From the NCBI GenBank assembly GCA_964407615.1, contig CAYOWH010000002.1, positions 3,472 through 67,471 of the forward strand: a stretch of DNA of 64,000 nucleotides. Direction: 5' to 3'. Of this stretch, positions 11,501-20,749 are shown in pieces; position 1 is the stretch's first letter, and the number at the start of each line of letters is the position of its first letter. The notes under the pieces were generated by a model. The model saw nothing but the letters and a program-made list of their open reading frames with translations. It had not been told where the DNA came from and did not search any database. The stretch is from an uncultured Bacteriovoracaceae bacterium (GTDB taxonomy: Bacteria > Bdellovibrionota > UBA2428). The translations under genes and the position numbers were made by a program.

Positions 11501-11859
11501 TTTCCGGCTTCTTTTTTGGAATTTGATCCAGATAATACTATAGAATCAGATATAAAATCTTTAACCAATACTAATTGCGAAAATGAACTTTTATAACCTA
11601 TTCCGGATTCGTCTAATACATAACATGTAACATTATACCATCCCGGTACAGTGTAGTAATGAGTAGCTGTTAAGGATTTAGAAGTATTTCCATCACCAAA
11701 ATCCCAAAATATATGTGAATTTGAATATCTTTTAGATGTTCCGTCATCTAATTTTGGAATAAATGTAAATGGCGTAATAGAAAGTGTATATGCTGTAGTT
11801 GTAGGAACTCCAGTATGATCATATGTATCAAAATATATATATTTGCTATTATCTTCCAT
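8503..11859 (-). CDS. large baseplate-associated protein (1118 aa) with N-terminal PKD domain and beta-propeller-like repeats. Occupies the T4 gp7 position.
   Basis: N-terminus has ...HIFWDFGDGNTSKSLTATHYYTVPGWYNVTCYVLDESG, the PKD signature. Later repeated DGNVWITLHD / SGNIWGIMKD / NSNIWVTANI / DGNVYVIDDY blocks. Start ATG overlaps the gp6-like stop (TAATG). Confidence 0.6.
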   Translation of the reverse strand: MEDNSKYIYFDTYDHTGVPTTTAYTLSITPFTFIPKLDDGTSKRYSNSHIFWDFGDGNTSKSLTATHYYTVPGWYNVTCYVLDESGIGYKSSFSQLVLVKDFISDSIVLSGSNSKKEAGKLQSPYNLYRFNSWQTYDAVKNEGYFINLNALSTTAPLFDTNKYNTDKWAHLKPSSRFIAEVYDPINKKNVFEIVDRIQTDNYEIYVNYDSSLSSLKICNSTDNGACFVGTSGKKIFYFIDDIPIENEDATQVIASTILLTFDTRKFKDKDNLNKNYEILNYNVLNTVQNTNLFNRVIEQLNPYKLTITSNGIDDDGLGNPINTFDIYGQKFVNQKIPFVVRFKDINNIASKYNIIPSLISANENIQEYPYGYIQIKLLDSNNTEINNSDYKIYSNFLELSSEKYGGYYKGYVTINKPLSGIKLYAEASPNIKERYLMESNLAVVPEPASQKVHKITFIADNVDPNVKTIDDTVVSVPNLSGIYTLCVTSDFSLGEPYQKLWVADSDSDLVVKYNLTNDRFEFKKPEAIINLKYELNSSNLSPSNICSDKDGNVWITLHDSISTIQIKNSNNIISDVIKPKCVLDNTVSVNMLSNIQPGAVETDRYNNLYISYTNPLCSFIEKYLYDLDLKTYSFNASIDCLSGYYFTEIVSDRSGNIWGIMKDNFSLSEVLSSRKDKIFKIDKNTQSLSTFPVSGSAWNLTVDKNSNIWVTANINQLFCINYKTLSGKYFYTPSNSIKSEYNYVSDLMGIAGSTDGNVYVIDDYNRKFHYFKADTNNISISSLPFDDNNFSESRIQDLFNGYGDWNGFKHIFKFQHIFPSEIIVNGYSNVFSTFETNNPKYEIRKVNENFDLGNQIKSYVHQEYLNYSPVLFDQFISTSVGTISSDANILGKRIYEKISNFVDNNSYIDVCNLDSLKSMHQMMDEDFYDFNGKINSFPANLKRLVDIFSIKFSKLRGSRNKQACNFDKKGLYGNAQSIYGINLGDKLDFFTSYITAGISIVAFEKFSETFKLIDTNIIGPISSYNINNSNSSYALSNYSDKWGWGLVLPENYTQYMIPNYYIFYSYVSGYNNEQTDGIINWQDQYNTIPENIKSLSAWREVQTDIISYTLTKGLSLIK

Positions 11860-13673
11860 TATATTACCTCAATATTATTGATTAAATTAGTTATTTCATA
11901 ATAGAATGGGAATTGGAAAAAATTTAATGTTAAATTTTGACTTATAGTGTTAATGTCAATGTCAGAATAATGAGGATTCCAATATATAAAATTTAATTTA
12001 TTAACGGAATACCCAGTATCGGTTCTATATGTTTCAATTTTTTTTACGCCATCAACGTTTAAAATATCAAAACTTAATTTATTAAAATCTAATGTTCCAC
12101 CCAATTCATTTTTTTCTTGAGAAAAGAAATTTTTAACAATATCAAATATGTTAGATTTGATTTGTTCTTTAGATATTACTATATCCGTTTTTCTGGTAAT
12201 TCTTAATTTTGTATCTCTTCTAATATCAACATTTAAAGTTTCATTAAAATCCGCCAATCCAATTGAAAATGCAATATATATTGGATCCGAAACTACAATA
12301 TTATTAGTAAGAACTTTTATAGATTCTAATTTATCAATTACAGATTGTTTTTGAGAAAAGAATAATTGATTTGGTGTTGTTTCATTTGAGATTGCACCGT
12401 ATCTTGGGACTGTAAAAATGTAAACATTATTAAAATCGCAAGCATCATTAAAAGATATTTGATTGAACAACAATCTTTGATCTAAATTTGGTCTTTCCAG
12501 ACCTAAATTATAAAAATAACTTAAGTAATCTTTTGTATATAATTTGTTGGAGACAACTTTAACATTTTGTATTATATTAGAAAAATGTTTATAAACAAAT
12601 GATTCGTAATCATTAACTGTAACTGCTCTATTTTGAGAAGAATATATTAATGGAGATAATTTTCTAATCTCCTCAACACTTTCAGATTCTTTATATGGTA
12701 TAGAATCATACTCATTATATAAATTAACCTGAAAAAGTTGCTCCGCATTTAAATATCCACTCGGATTTCCCACATTTGACAATATTTCAGTCATTTTAGT
12801 GGAATTATAATTATATAATTTTGCTTCCGATAATAATCCAGACCCTATAGAACCGAGTGCGCCATCACTTTCAAGATATATTATCTGAACCTCATCATTT
12901 TCTTTAAGAGATCTCCCGTTTATATTATTACCAAATTTAATTTCTATATTATTATTTGAATTCAATCTTTTTTCAAAAGCTCTAGAAGAATTATCCGCCA
13001 AATACAAATTTCCAATCTCATACCATTCAGACCATAATTGAGTATTTGCATCTTTTACGTAAACAAATATATTATTATAATCTACAAATTTATTTAAAAA
13101 TGTAGTAGAGTCAAATTTAACATTTACCGTAACTGTCTCAAACTCTTCCCCTATAGCAAAATAAGTAGGATACTCTCTAAAAACTCCTTGATGTAACAAA
13201 TTATCCAGTCCTATTGAATTTATACGTTGTGATCCTGTTATGGTTTTATTAAAAGGTACGTCTCTATTAAAAGAATATGATATTCCTCTAACGTTTATAA
13301 ACGAATATCTTTTAATTGTGAAATTACCAATTCCTAATTGATTGGTTGCTGTTGCATAAAAGTTTAAAGATGCTGTGGAGGGTCCATTTGGCTTATATGC
13401 TATTAAAGAAACTATTTTATTCATATTCTCAAGTAGTTCAGCTTGAGAAAATAATGAATCTGATGCAGTTTGATTTAGATAAAACAATAAAACATGGTAA
13501 CTATAAGCTAAAACATCAACTAAACCAGATATATTACTACTTTCAAATGAAATATCTGGAAATAAATTACTATCTCGCAATCTATTTGTTATTAATTGCT
13601 TCATGCTAGTGGCATCAAATGCCGCATAAGCATTTCTTTGTAAATTAAATTCTGTAAAATTTGATGTACTCAT
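11859..13673 (-). CDS. baseplate wedge protein, T4 gp6-like (Baseplate_J family)
   Basis: FPDISFESSNISGLVDVLAYSYHVLLFYLNQ...SLIAYKPNGPSTASLNFYA matches T4 gp6 FLDYDFEGSRLNVLCDLLAYNTLYIQQ...GYLPTSKSAAQTEIML. Directly follows the gp25-like gene, as in T4. Confidence 0.75.
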   Translation of the reverse strand: MSTSNFTEFNLQRNAYAAFDATSMKQLITNRLRDSNLFPDISFESSNISGLVDVLAYSYHVLLFYLNQTASDSLFSQAELLENMNKIVSLIAYKPNGPSTASLNFYATATNQLGIGNFTIKRYSFINVRGISYSFNRDVPFNKTITGSQRINSIGLDNLLHQGVFREYPTYFAIGEEFETVTVNVKFDSTTFLNKFVDYNNIFVYVKDANTQLWSEWYEIGNLYLADNSSRAFEKRLNSNNNIEIKFGNNINGRSLKENDEVQIIYLESDGALGSIGSGLLSEAKLYNYNSTKMTEILSNVGNPSGYLNAEQLFQVNLYNEYDSIPYKESESVEEIRKLSPLIYSSQNRAVTVNDYESFVYKHFSNIIQNVKVVSNKLYTKDYLSYFYNLGLERPNLDQRLLFNQISFNDACDFNNVYIFTVPRYGAISNETTPNQLFFSQKQSVIDKLESIKVLTNNIVVSDPIYIAFSIGLADFNETLNVDIRRDTKLRITRKTDIVISKEQIKSNIFDIVKNFFSQEKNELGGTLDFNKLSFDILNVDGVKKIETYRTDTGYSVNKLNFIYWNPHYSDIDINTISQNLTLNFFQFPFYYEITNLINNIEVI

Positions 13674-13675
13674 TA

Positions 13676-14158
13676 TTAAAATGTTCTAAGATAAAATCCA
13701 TTCTTATTCAATGCGCCAAAAATTGAAGCATTATTAATATTTAGGCTAGGCACATCAAAGTATATATCAATATCCATTTCACTTTCATCCTCATATATAA
13801 CAATCCTAACATCTTTTAAAGTAACTCTAGGCTCATACCTTCTTACTTGCTTATATATAGTTCCTCTAAGGTCAGCAGCCATCTCTCTTGTCAAGTTATC
13901 AAACAAATATTTCCTAAAATCTAACCCAAACTCAGGTTCTAATAGTTTTTCGCCGGGAGATGTTGTAAATAAATTTACTAATCCATTTCTTATAGCATCA
14001 AAGTCATAATCAACTTTTAAATCATTAATTTCACCATCATTATTAACTTGATCGTTAATATTGTATCTTTTAAGCAAATCCATATGAAGATCCGCATATA
14101 AATAATCTACGGTAATATCATTTTTCCTAGGAACACCATTTAATGATAACTTTGACAT
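13676..14158 (-). CDS. baseplate wedge protein, T4 gp25-like (GPW/gp25 lysozyme-like fold)
   Basis: GEKLLEPEFGLDFRKYLFDNLT...QVRRYEPRVTLKDVRIVIYED matches T4 gp25 GSRPFDPEFGCDLSDQLFENMT...AVRNYEPRIDKL. Confidence 0.8.
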   Translation of the reverse strand: MSKLSLNGVPRKNDITVDYLYADLHMDLLKRYNINDQVNNDGEINDLKVDYDFDAIRNGLVNLFTTSPGEKLLEPEFGLDFRKYLFDNLTREMAADLRGTIYKQVRRYEPRVTLKDVRIVIYEDESEMDIDIYFDVPSLNINNASIFGALNKNGFYLRTF

Positions 14159-14192
14159 AGAATTATTTACCCTTAAAAGCTAAATAGTAATT

Positions 14193-14663
14193 ATGCAGAA
14201 GAAATTTGTCAAATTATACGAAAATATTATATCCAGATTCACTAATGGCGGTTTATTAGTAGGAGATTATGTAAATTTTGTCAAAGGACATGATAAATTT
14301 GAAGAATTTCAAGGATTGGCTTCAAATGTAAAAGAATTAATAGTACAAATGTTGGAAACTGGTCTCCAAATTCGTGTAGTTGGTATCAAAGATATATATC
14401 CATTGTCCAGACCGGGCAATCCTGATACTAGAAATGGTAATAATATCTCCATAGATATAGCATTGGATAATGGGGGCGGAAGAATGACCCATTATGTTAC
14501 AGTACCAAGATGTTGCATCGAACCTATCCCATCAGATGGTATTAATTTACCAAAATTGCCAGATAAATTTAATTTCAGGGATGTAAAAGGTGAACCGGAA
14601 GAATATAAAGATATCAAATCTACGACAAAACCTAAAGGATTTAATTACGAGTTAGGAAAGTAA
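14193..14663 (+). CDS. hypothetical protein (156 aa), plus-strand island gene
   Basis: ATG-initiated ORF, divergent from gp25 and convergent with gp44 with a 2-nt gap. No recognisable motif, and no similarity to T4 gp62. Confidence 0.45.
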   Translation: MQKKFVKLYENIISRFTNGGLLVGDYVNFVKGHDKFEEFQGLASNVKELIVQMLETGLQIRVVGIKDIYPLSRPGNPDTRNGNNISIDIALDNGGGRMTHYVTVPRCCIEPIPSDGINLPKLPDKFNFRDVKGEPEEYKDIKSTTKPKGFNYELGK

Positions 14664-14665
14664 TA

Positions 14666-15595
14666 TCATTTAGATAGAATTTGTGATAATTGAATCATAC
14701 AAACAAAACAATTTATCTCTTTATCTAACACTGATACACCTCTATATAGGAATTCCCCAATAATTAATATCAATTCTTTCTTCTTTTGATCATTAATATT
14801 ACTTTTGTAGATAAATTCTAACAAATTTTTAAGCAACATGTTATAATCAGAGGCAAAACTCGATTCTTTTGTTATTAAAAACTTCCTAAGACCTAAAGAA
14901 TTGCCCTCATTAAGGTAATCAAACACTTCAGAAATAAAAATATCATCAGCAAATGATGAATTTATAGTCAAAGTGCCACTATAACTACATCTTTGTAATG
15001 AATTAATAGCCTTTCTAATATCAGGATATACGGAATTGATCAATTTAACCATCTTTTCCGCATTTTCTTTATCTATTATAACATTTTCCTTCTTTAAAAG
15101 GTTATAACATAACTTAAATACGTCTTTTTTCTCATATTTGAGATTAAATTGTTGTATTCGACTAATTAAAGGATCTATTAACTTATTTCGATAATTTGCC
15201 GTCAAAATGCATCTGGTATTTTCATGATAATACTCCATAGAACCACGTAAAGCACCTTGAGCATCTCTTGATAACCCGTCAACCTCATCTAAAATGATAA
15301 TTTTAAGACCACCATCAAACGATTTTGATTCGGAAAATGCTATAACTTTGTTTCTAATAGTATCAATTCCATTTTCATCAGATGCATTTATGTACAAATA
15401 GTCAGAATTTAATAATTCTTTAGCAATAATCTTAGCTGTAGTCGTCTTTCCAGTGCCGGGACCTGAAATAAACAGCATATGCGGTATTTCCTTTTGTTTT
15501 TTAAAGTGCAAAAGCGAACTTTTAGTACTTTCATCAATTAAAAGATCATTAATTGATGATGGACGATACTTTTCAACCCATAAATTATCAAACAT
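14666..15595 (-). CDS. clamp loader large subunit, T4 gp44-like (RFC-like AAA+ ATPase). Start moved to ATG at 15595.
   Basis: VEKYRPSSINDL (T4 EQKYRPSTIDE), Walker A GPGTGKTT, IIILDEVDGLS (T4 VIVIDEFDRSG). Track start 15601 is TTG. Confidence 0.75.
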   Translation of the reverse strand: MFDNLWVEKYRPSSINDLLIDESTKSSLLHFKKQKEIPHMLFISGPGTGKTTTAKIIAKELLNSDYLYINASDENGIDTIRNKVIAFSESKSFDGGLKIIILDEVDGLSRDAQGALRGSMEYYHENTRCILTANYRNKLIDPLISRIQQFNLKYEKKDVFKLCYNLLKKENVIIDKENAEKMVKLINSVYPDIRKAINSLQRCSYSGTLTINSSFADDIFISEVFDYLNEGNSLGLRKFLITKESSFASDYNMLLKNLLEFIYKSNINDQKKKELILIIGEFLYRGVSVLDKEINCFVCMIQLSQILSK

Positions 15596-15610
15596 AAGCA
15601 ATATTATACA

Positions 15611-16069
15611 CTATCTACCAGAAGAACCAAATCCTTTATCACCCCTAGACGTAATATCTTTAGTAGTAGACCAAGATATTGATGGTTCGAGCAATTTATA
15701 TAAAACTAATTGAGCAATTCTATCAAATTTAGAAACATGATAATCGGTATTAGTATTATTAATCAGCGCAACACCAAGTTTACCCCTGTAAGAACAATCT
15801 ATAACCCCCGCAAATGACGTGATTCCATATTTAAAAAACATACCAGATCTAGATTCAATTCTAATCCAATATCCCGGCTCTATGTACGCTATTTCAAGCC
15901 CTACAGGGACATTTGCAGTACTATTTGCCGGAACGATTACACTTTCTATCGCATAAATATCATATCCAGTGTCACCAACTGCCTGCTGTTTGTTGTTCCT
16001 TTCAGGCAAACGCGCATCTTCATGTGTTTTTAAAAATGAAACGCTGATAGTTTTTGTCAAATTGTCCAT
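15611..16069 (-). CDS. dut: dUTP diphosphatase (dUTPase)
   Basis: Canonical dUTPase motifs: TGYDIYA, RSG, GVIDCSYRGKLGV, C-terminal RGDKGFGSSG. AGGA 6 nt upstream of the ATG. Confidence 0.85.
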   Translation of the reverse strand: MDNLTKTISVSFLKTHEDARLPERNNKQQAVGDTGYDIYAIESVIVPANSTANVPVGLEIAYIEPGYWIRIESRSGMFFKYGITSFAGVIDCSYRGKLGVALINNTNTDYHVSKFDRIAQLVLYKLLEPSISWSTTKDITSRGDKGFGSSGR

Positions 16070-16149
16070 AATATTCCTTAATATAACTCAAATCTCACAC
16101 ACAATCAATCAAAAACTTAACTTTTTCAAATTTAATTGTAAATAATTAA

Positions 16150-16626
16150 ATGATTGATACGAAAACCAATCAACAAGATGTTGATAAAGTTGATGATATA
16201 ATAAGTCAATTAAAAAATGTTCCAGCTATAGTAAAAAAAGCAGAAGAAATGAATAATGTTTTAAATAAACAAGATGTTCAACAATTTGTAATTGAATATT
16301 CTTCAAAATTAATCAAATCCGCTATAGATTCTGTTGAATATGTTAAAGATATAGTCCAAGCTGCTCCAACACCAGATGATATTACCGCATTATCAGAATT
16401 AATAGGCTCAACTGCGTCGGCATTAGAGATATTAAACAAAATGGCTATCAATGATAATAAAATTGATAATAGTATAAAGATAAAACAAATGGAAATTGAA
16501 AGCAAACAAGCTCAATTAGAAACTAAAGTTGCCGCCACCACCGTCCTTTTGACAAGAGAAGAAGTAATGAAGAAGTTATTAGAAGATTCTAATAAAATTA
16601 AAAAGGCTAAAGTTATTGAAATTTAA
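16150..16626 (+). CDS. hypothetical coiled-coil protein (158 aa), plus-strand island gene
   Basis: ATG ORF, divergent from dUTPase, stop overlapping the end of the 645-aa gene. Heptad-like K/E/I/L-rich sequence. Confidence 0.45.
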   Translation: MIDTKTNQQDVDKVDDIISQLKNVPAIVKKAEEMNNVLNKQDVQQFVIEYSSKLIKSAIDSVEYVKDIVQAAPTPDDITALSELIGSTASALEILNKMAINDNKIDNSIKIKQMEIESKQAQLETKVAATTVLLTREEVMKKLLEDSNKIKKAKVIEI

Positions 16627-18560
16627 GTCGTATATGGTGGTGGTATCTTAGCCCACTTCTGCAACCATTGTTCATTAATAGGATCAGACTCACTCCATTT
16701 ACAAAACTTTCTATATTCGCTATCCATTTTCTTGTAATAACTGTGATAATCAGATCCCGGAACTGATGCTTTACGTTTAACTCGAATCCAGTCAGTTTTA
16801 CTTAAAAACATTGCAGCAAATTGAGAAGCTTCTTGCGGATTCCATTTTGGTAAAGGTTCTTTTGTATCAGAAATTGTAATTTTTAATTTTAAATTTTTAG
16901 CTTGATGCGCCAACCTACTCTTATATGTATTATCAGGAACAAATTCATCAATTAAAAATTTATAAGGTCTTCCATTTCCATCGGCAGTACCTTTTAACAA
17001 TAATCCTTCACCAGAAACATCGGCAACTTGTCTTCTTTCAGTAAATTTAGTTCCTGTTTTAGTTTCACATTCTATAATCAAAACATCTCCATATTTAACA
17101 GTCCCAGCCTTTATTGCCTCCGGATTTACTGCAATTGTTCTAAGTGGTACAATCATACCTCTAGTGCCTAATCCTATTTCCGATCCAGTGTCAGGAGTTT
17201 TATCACCACGTTCACCGTAAGATGTTAATTTAACTTCGCCAAAATCAAATATTAACGTTCTCCCAGTAGTAGGTATGCTCTGCAATCCCGCACCCGCTTC
17301 TCTCGGTGTCGAAGAAGCTTCCGATCCGGTAGCTTGAACGGTATTTACACCACCTGTTCCACCCGCAGTAATCACAGCAGCACCAGCACCAGAAGGACTA
17401 TTATATGAATCATATTTTTTTGCAACAACAGCATCAACATGTCTTCTATTTTCCTGTGAAGGTTGGGCATCCAATGCTTTAACATATGTGTTTTCGGTGG
17501 CATATTGACCCGGAGCAAGAGATCCATGTATATCTATAAGAGATGCAACATCAGAATTTTTAATTCCCATATATTTTCTCTTAGCAATTGCAGCATTCAT
17601 CTCATTATCATATGGATTATATCTTCTACTATGATCAAATTGCCTAAAACAATCTCCCAATTTTGCTTTAACCTTTGCCATCAATTCACTATGTACTTCG
17701 GAAACAGTTTGATATGTTTTTGTATCCCCAGTTAATGGCAAAGTTTCGCCCACTACATCGGGGGAAACTCCTTTATCTAATTGAGATTTAACTCTATCTT
17801 TGTCTTCTTTAGAGAAAAATGGAGCAATACCATTCTTTACTAATGAACTACCAGCAACTTTTAACTTATTGACCTCAGATCTAAATTGTGGGGCAATTTT
17901 ATTATAAATTGCTGTTGGCATATTGAGAGGTGCATGTAATATTTCTTTACCTACATCCAAAAATGAGTGCGCACTATCACTCATGGCCATTCCAAAATCA
18001 AATAATGTACCTACAGTATCTGATACTGGTTTAAAATAATTACAAGGAGCATTACACGAATTCAATAAACCTGCTAATTTTTGCAAAAATTTAGTATCTT
18101 GATTAAGAGGTTTACCATAAGATATATAAGTACTCTCTGGTGGTATGTATTGACCTGCTTCTTCTGCATCTGTGGAACCAAATATTTGATTTATAACCTC
18201 TTCTGACTTAAATATTTCGCTATTACTCATGCTCGTAGCAATATCAAATGAACTTGCTAGCTCAGTTTTCACCGTATTTGAATAATATTCCGGAAAATTG
18301 TTAACTTTTCTAACAAAAAAGTTAATAGTTTGAACATCTAAATTCCTTCCATACACAATAAATTTCTTACAAAAGTCTCTAAGCGACCTCATTGGCTCCG
18401 AAGATTTCCTTAAATTCTTCCATTCATACATTAAATCAACTTCATGTGGAAATGTGCTCACCATTTCGCAATAAGTGGTATTATTTTTAAGAAAATCCGG
18501 ATTCGGACCTATAGTAATAGCTTCTAAAAATTCTGGAAAGTTATTTTCATATATAACCAT
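16623..18560 (-). CDS. baseplate hub-region protein (645 aa) with C-terminal 3D/MltA-like domain. Candidate gp5-type virion peptidoglycan hydrolase.
   Basis: C-terminal GMIVPLRTIAVNPEAIKAGTVKYGDVLIIECE...RRQVADVSGEG resembles the 3D domain of MltA/YuiC-type enzymes. Position equals T4 gene 5 upstream of the gp25/gp6 block, though dUTPase and gp44 are inserted. Confidence 0.35.
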   Translation of the reverse strand: MVIYENNFPEFLEAITIGPNPDFLKNNTTYCEMVSTFPHEVDLMYEWKNLRKSSEPMRSLRDFCKKFIVYGRNLDVQTINFFVRKVNNFPEYYSNTVKTELASSFDIATSMSNSEIFKSEEVINQIFGSTDAEEAGQYIPPESTYISYGKPLNQDTKFLQKLAGLLNSCNAPCNYFKPVSDTVGTLFDFGMAMSDSAHSFLDVGKEILHAPLNMPTAIYNKIAPQFRSEVNKLKVAGSSLVKNGIAPFFSKEDKDRVKSQLDKGVSPDVVGETLPLTGDTKTYQTVSEVHSELMAKVKAKLGDCFRQFDHSRRYNPYDNEMNAAIAKRKYMGIKNSDVASLIDIHGSLAPGQYATENTYVKALDAQPSQENRRHVDAVVAKKYDSYNSPSGAGAAVITAGGTGGVNTVQATGSEASSTPREAGAGLQSIPTTGRTLIFDFGEVKLTSYGERGDKTPDTGSEIGLGTRGMIVPLRTIAVNPEAIKAGTVKYGDVLIIECETKTGTKFTERRQVADVSGEGLLLKGTADGNGRPYKFLIDEFVPDNTYKSRLAHQAKNLKLKITISDTKEPLPKWNPQEASQFAAMFLSKTDWIRVKRKASVPGSDYHSYYKKMDSEYRKFCKWSESDPINEQWLQKWAKIPPPYTT

Positions 18561-18578
18561 ATTATTAATTATCGAAAA

Positions 18579-20396
18579 TTATGGATTTATAACTAAATTA
18601 AATGGATACGTTCTTAAAACAGTATTATTTTTAAATTTTTCAAGATTTTGTTCTAATTCCGAATCTGTCATTGAAGGATTTCCAAGTAATTTTTTTAATT
18701 CATTTTTATTCTGTTCAACTTTTTGCTTATAAGTTTCACTGGATTGTGGATTTTTCTTTAAATTATTAAAATCATCTTCTATTCTTCTTCCAATATTAGC
18801 AAACGCAATCGTTTCAGCAGCCAAATTTTTAACTTGATTTGCTTTATCATTAAATTGCGAAGCAGCTTGTTTTAATTTAGCATCAACACTATCATTAGAT
18901 GATGATTTTGGCTTTGTTAAAAGCTCTGTTATAGTTTGAGTTGCGTCTGATTCGTCCTTAATTACATAAGGTTTTATAGTTTCTATTTCATTAGTGTAAG
19001 TATCCTGTGTAAAGATGTGCTTTACACTAGTAATTAAATGTCTTCCAACATTTTGAAGATCCCATTTTGTTGGCGACGGATCTTCTGGATTATCAGAATA
19101 TTTTACAACATCTATAAATGTCATCGATCTCCTATTTGTCAATCCTTCCAATTTAAATTGATATACACTTCCATTTAAATACAACAAAGTTGATAATTTT
19201 TGATTTAAATATTTTTTTTCTTCTAATATTGGAGGTAAATTGCCCTTATATGTATTATAATTATCAACAATATTTGGAGATATGTGGAAATTTACATCCA
19301 ATTTATATGAACTAAATGTGTTTTCAAAAGGCTTTACAAATAAATTATAATATTTTTCTGTAAAAGTATCACTATGCAATGCTTGTAAATCAAAAATCAT
19401 TGATTTTGTAGATTTACAATGGCTCATAATAGCTCCATTTGAAGAATAATTGATATTATATTTTGCAGCTGGCGATTCTATATAAATTTTATTAATCCTA
19501 GACTCAGCAAATGTGTATTTAGAGTAATTCCATTTAATTACCGAATCGCTACTATTAGATTTAGTTTGATTTGGTAAAATAATTGACTCCTGAACATATG
19601 AATCATGCTTTTCAAAAAGCCTTTTTAACGAAAACATTCCAAATTTTTTTTGATATCTGTCAAAATCCAATAAACAAGGTGATTCTTGATGTATGTGAAA
19701 TCCTAAAACATACGTTAATATTTCCATATACGACACTAACCCATATGGACTAACTGGTATTGGCTCATTTCCATCCATATCAAATATAGTTTCACCAGTT
19801 ATAGGATCTTTATAATAAATATCAGAACTTTTAAAAACTTCTTCTAATATTTTTTTTACAACTTCACCAGTAGGCATCGAATTTCCAGCATTTGTTTTCA
19901 TGTAATTGCCTATATTAGTTGCCGGATTCATGCCAAATATATTACATATATTCTCAGACAAAGCATATTGACCATATTCAATAAACTCTAACTGTCTACA
20001 AACTGCATTATTATAAAGAATTTGTTTACTATCAACAATTACAAATTTAAAATCAAATCCTAAAAATTCTTTTATCTTTTCATCTTTAGTTTCAGGTTCA
20101 AATTTGTTATTAGGAGTAGGAATTATTTTTAAAATCAATATATCTCTACCATTTCCCAAAAAGGTGTATGGATTTGGACCCTTTTCCAATAAACTATTGT
20201 CATCATTTAAAATCATAGTACCCACATGAAATGGATTAAATATACTATCTTCTATAATTAATGATAATAATTGACCTTTTTTCAAATATACAATATCACC
20301 CAAGCTATTCATTAAACAAAATTCAAAATAATATTCTTTATTTGAAAATTTTGCAGAAAAATTTCTTTGATCAAAGCTGGCGTTATCAATATTCAT
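18579..20396 (-). CDS. hypothetical baseplate hub-region protein (605 aa) with C-terminal coiled coil
   Basis: Long ORF between tube-fold/TMP genes and the gp5-position gene. No diagnostic motif. Start ATG overlaps the upstream stop (TAATG). Confidence 0.5.
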   Translation of the reverse strand: MNIDNASFDQRNFSAKFSNKEYYFEFCLMNSLGDIVYLKKGQLLSLIIEDSIFNPFHVGTMILNDDNSLLEKGPNPYTFLGNGRDILILKIIPTPNNKFEPETKDEKIKEFLGFDFKFVIVDSKQILYNNAVCRQLEFIEYGQYALSENICNIFGMNPATNIGNYMKTNAGNSMPTGEVVKKILEEVFKSSDIYYKDPITGETIFDMDGNEPIPVSPYGLVSYMEILTYVLGFHIHQESPCLLDFDRYQKKFGMFSLKRLFEKHDSYVQESIILPNQTKSNSSDSVIKWNYSKYTFAESRINKIYIESPAAKYNINYSSNGAIMSHCKSTKSMIFDLQALHSDTFTEKYYNLFVKPFENTFSSYKLDVNFHISPNIVDNYNTYKGNLPPILEEKKYLNQKLSTLLYLNGSVYQFKLEGLTNRRSMTFIDVVKYSDNPEDPSPTKWDLQNVGRHLITSVKHIFTQDTYTNEIETIKPYVIKDESDATQTITELLTKPKSSSNDSVDAKLKQAASQFNDKANQVKNLAAETIAFANIGRRIEDDFNNLKKNPQSSETYKQKVEQNKNELKKLLGNPSMTDSELEQNLEKFKNNTVLRTYPFNLVINP

Positions 20397-20746
20397 TATA
20401 ACTTCTCTTTAATTGATGTTAAAAATTCATTTAAATATTCGGGTTTAACTGTTTTTATAACAGATCCGCCTTCTATATTCAAAACCGGATTTTTAATATT
20501 ATTTACAAGCATTATAAGCCACCACAAATGTATATTTTTATATATATTATAACTTAAAGTTGTTAATGGAATAGGATATTCAACCAAATAGTAATCATAT
20601 ACACTATCATCAATATCATTAGGTAATATAGGTTTATTTAATATATTATAAAATATATAAGAATCCGAATTTTCGTTAATAACTTCATACATATTAAACA
20701 AATTTTCGTACATTTCAGCACTATGTCTTATATTAATTTTATTCAT
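20396..20746 (-). CDS. hypothetical protein (116 aa)
   Basis: ATG ORF translationally coupled to flanking genes. Confidence 0.45.
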   Translation of the reverse strand: MNKINIRHSAEMYENLFNMYEVINENSDSYIFYNILNKPILPNDIDDSVYDYYLVEYPIPLTTLSYNIYKNIHLWWLIMLVNNIKNPVLNIEGGSVIKTVKPEYLNEFLTSIKEKL

Positions 20747-20749
20747 ATA

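Noticed and set aside
14193-14663. 156-aa plus-strand ORF as clamp-loader small subunit gp62
   Set aside because: No sequence resemblance to T4 gp62, and it is on the opposite strand from gp44.
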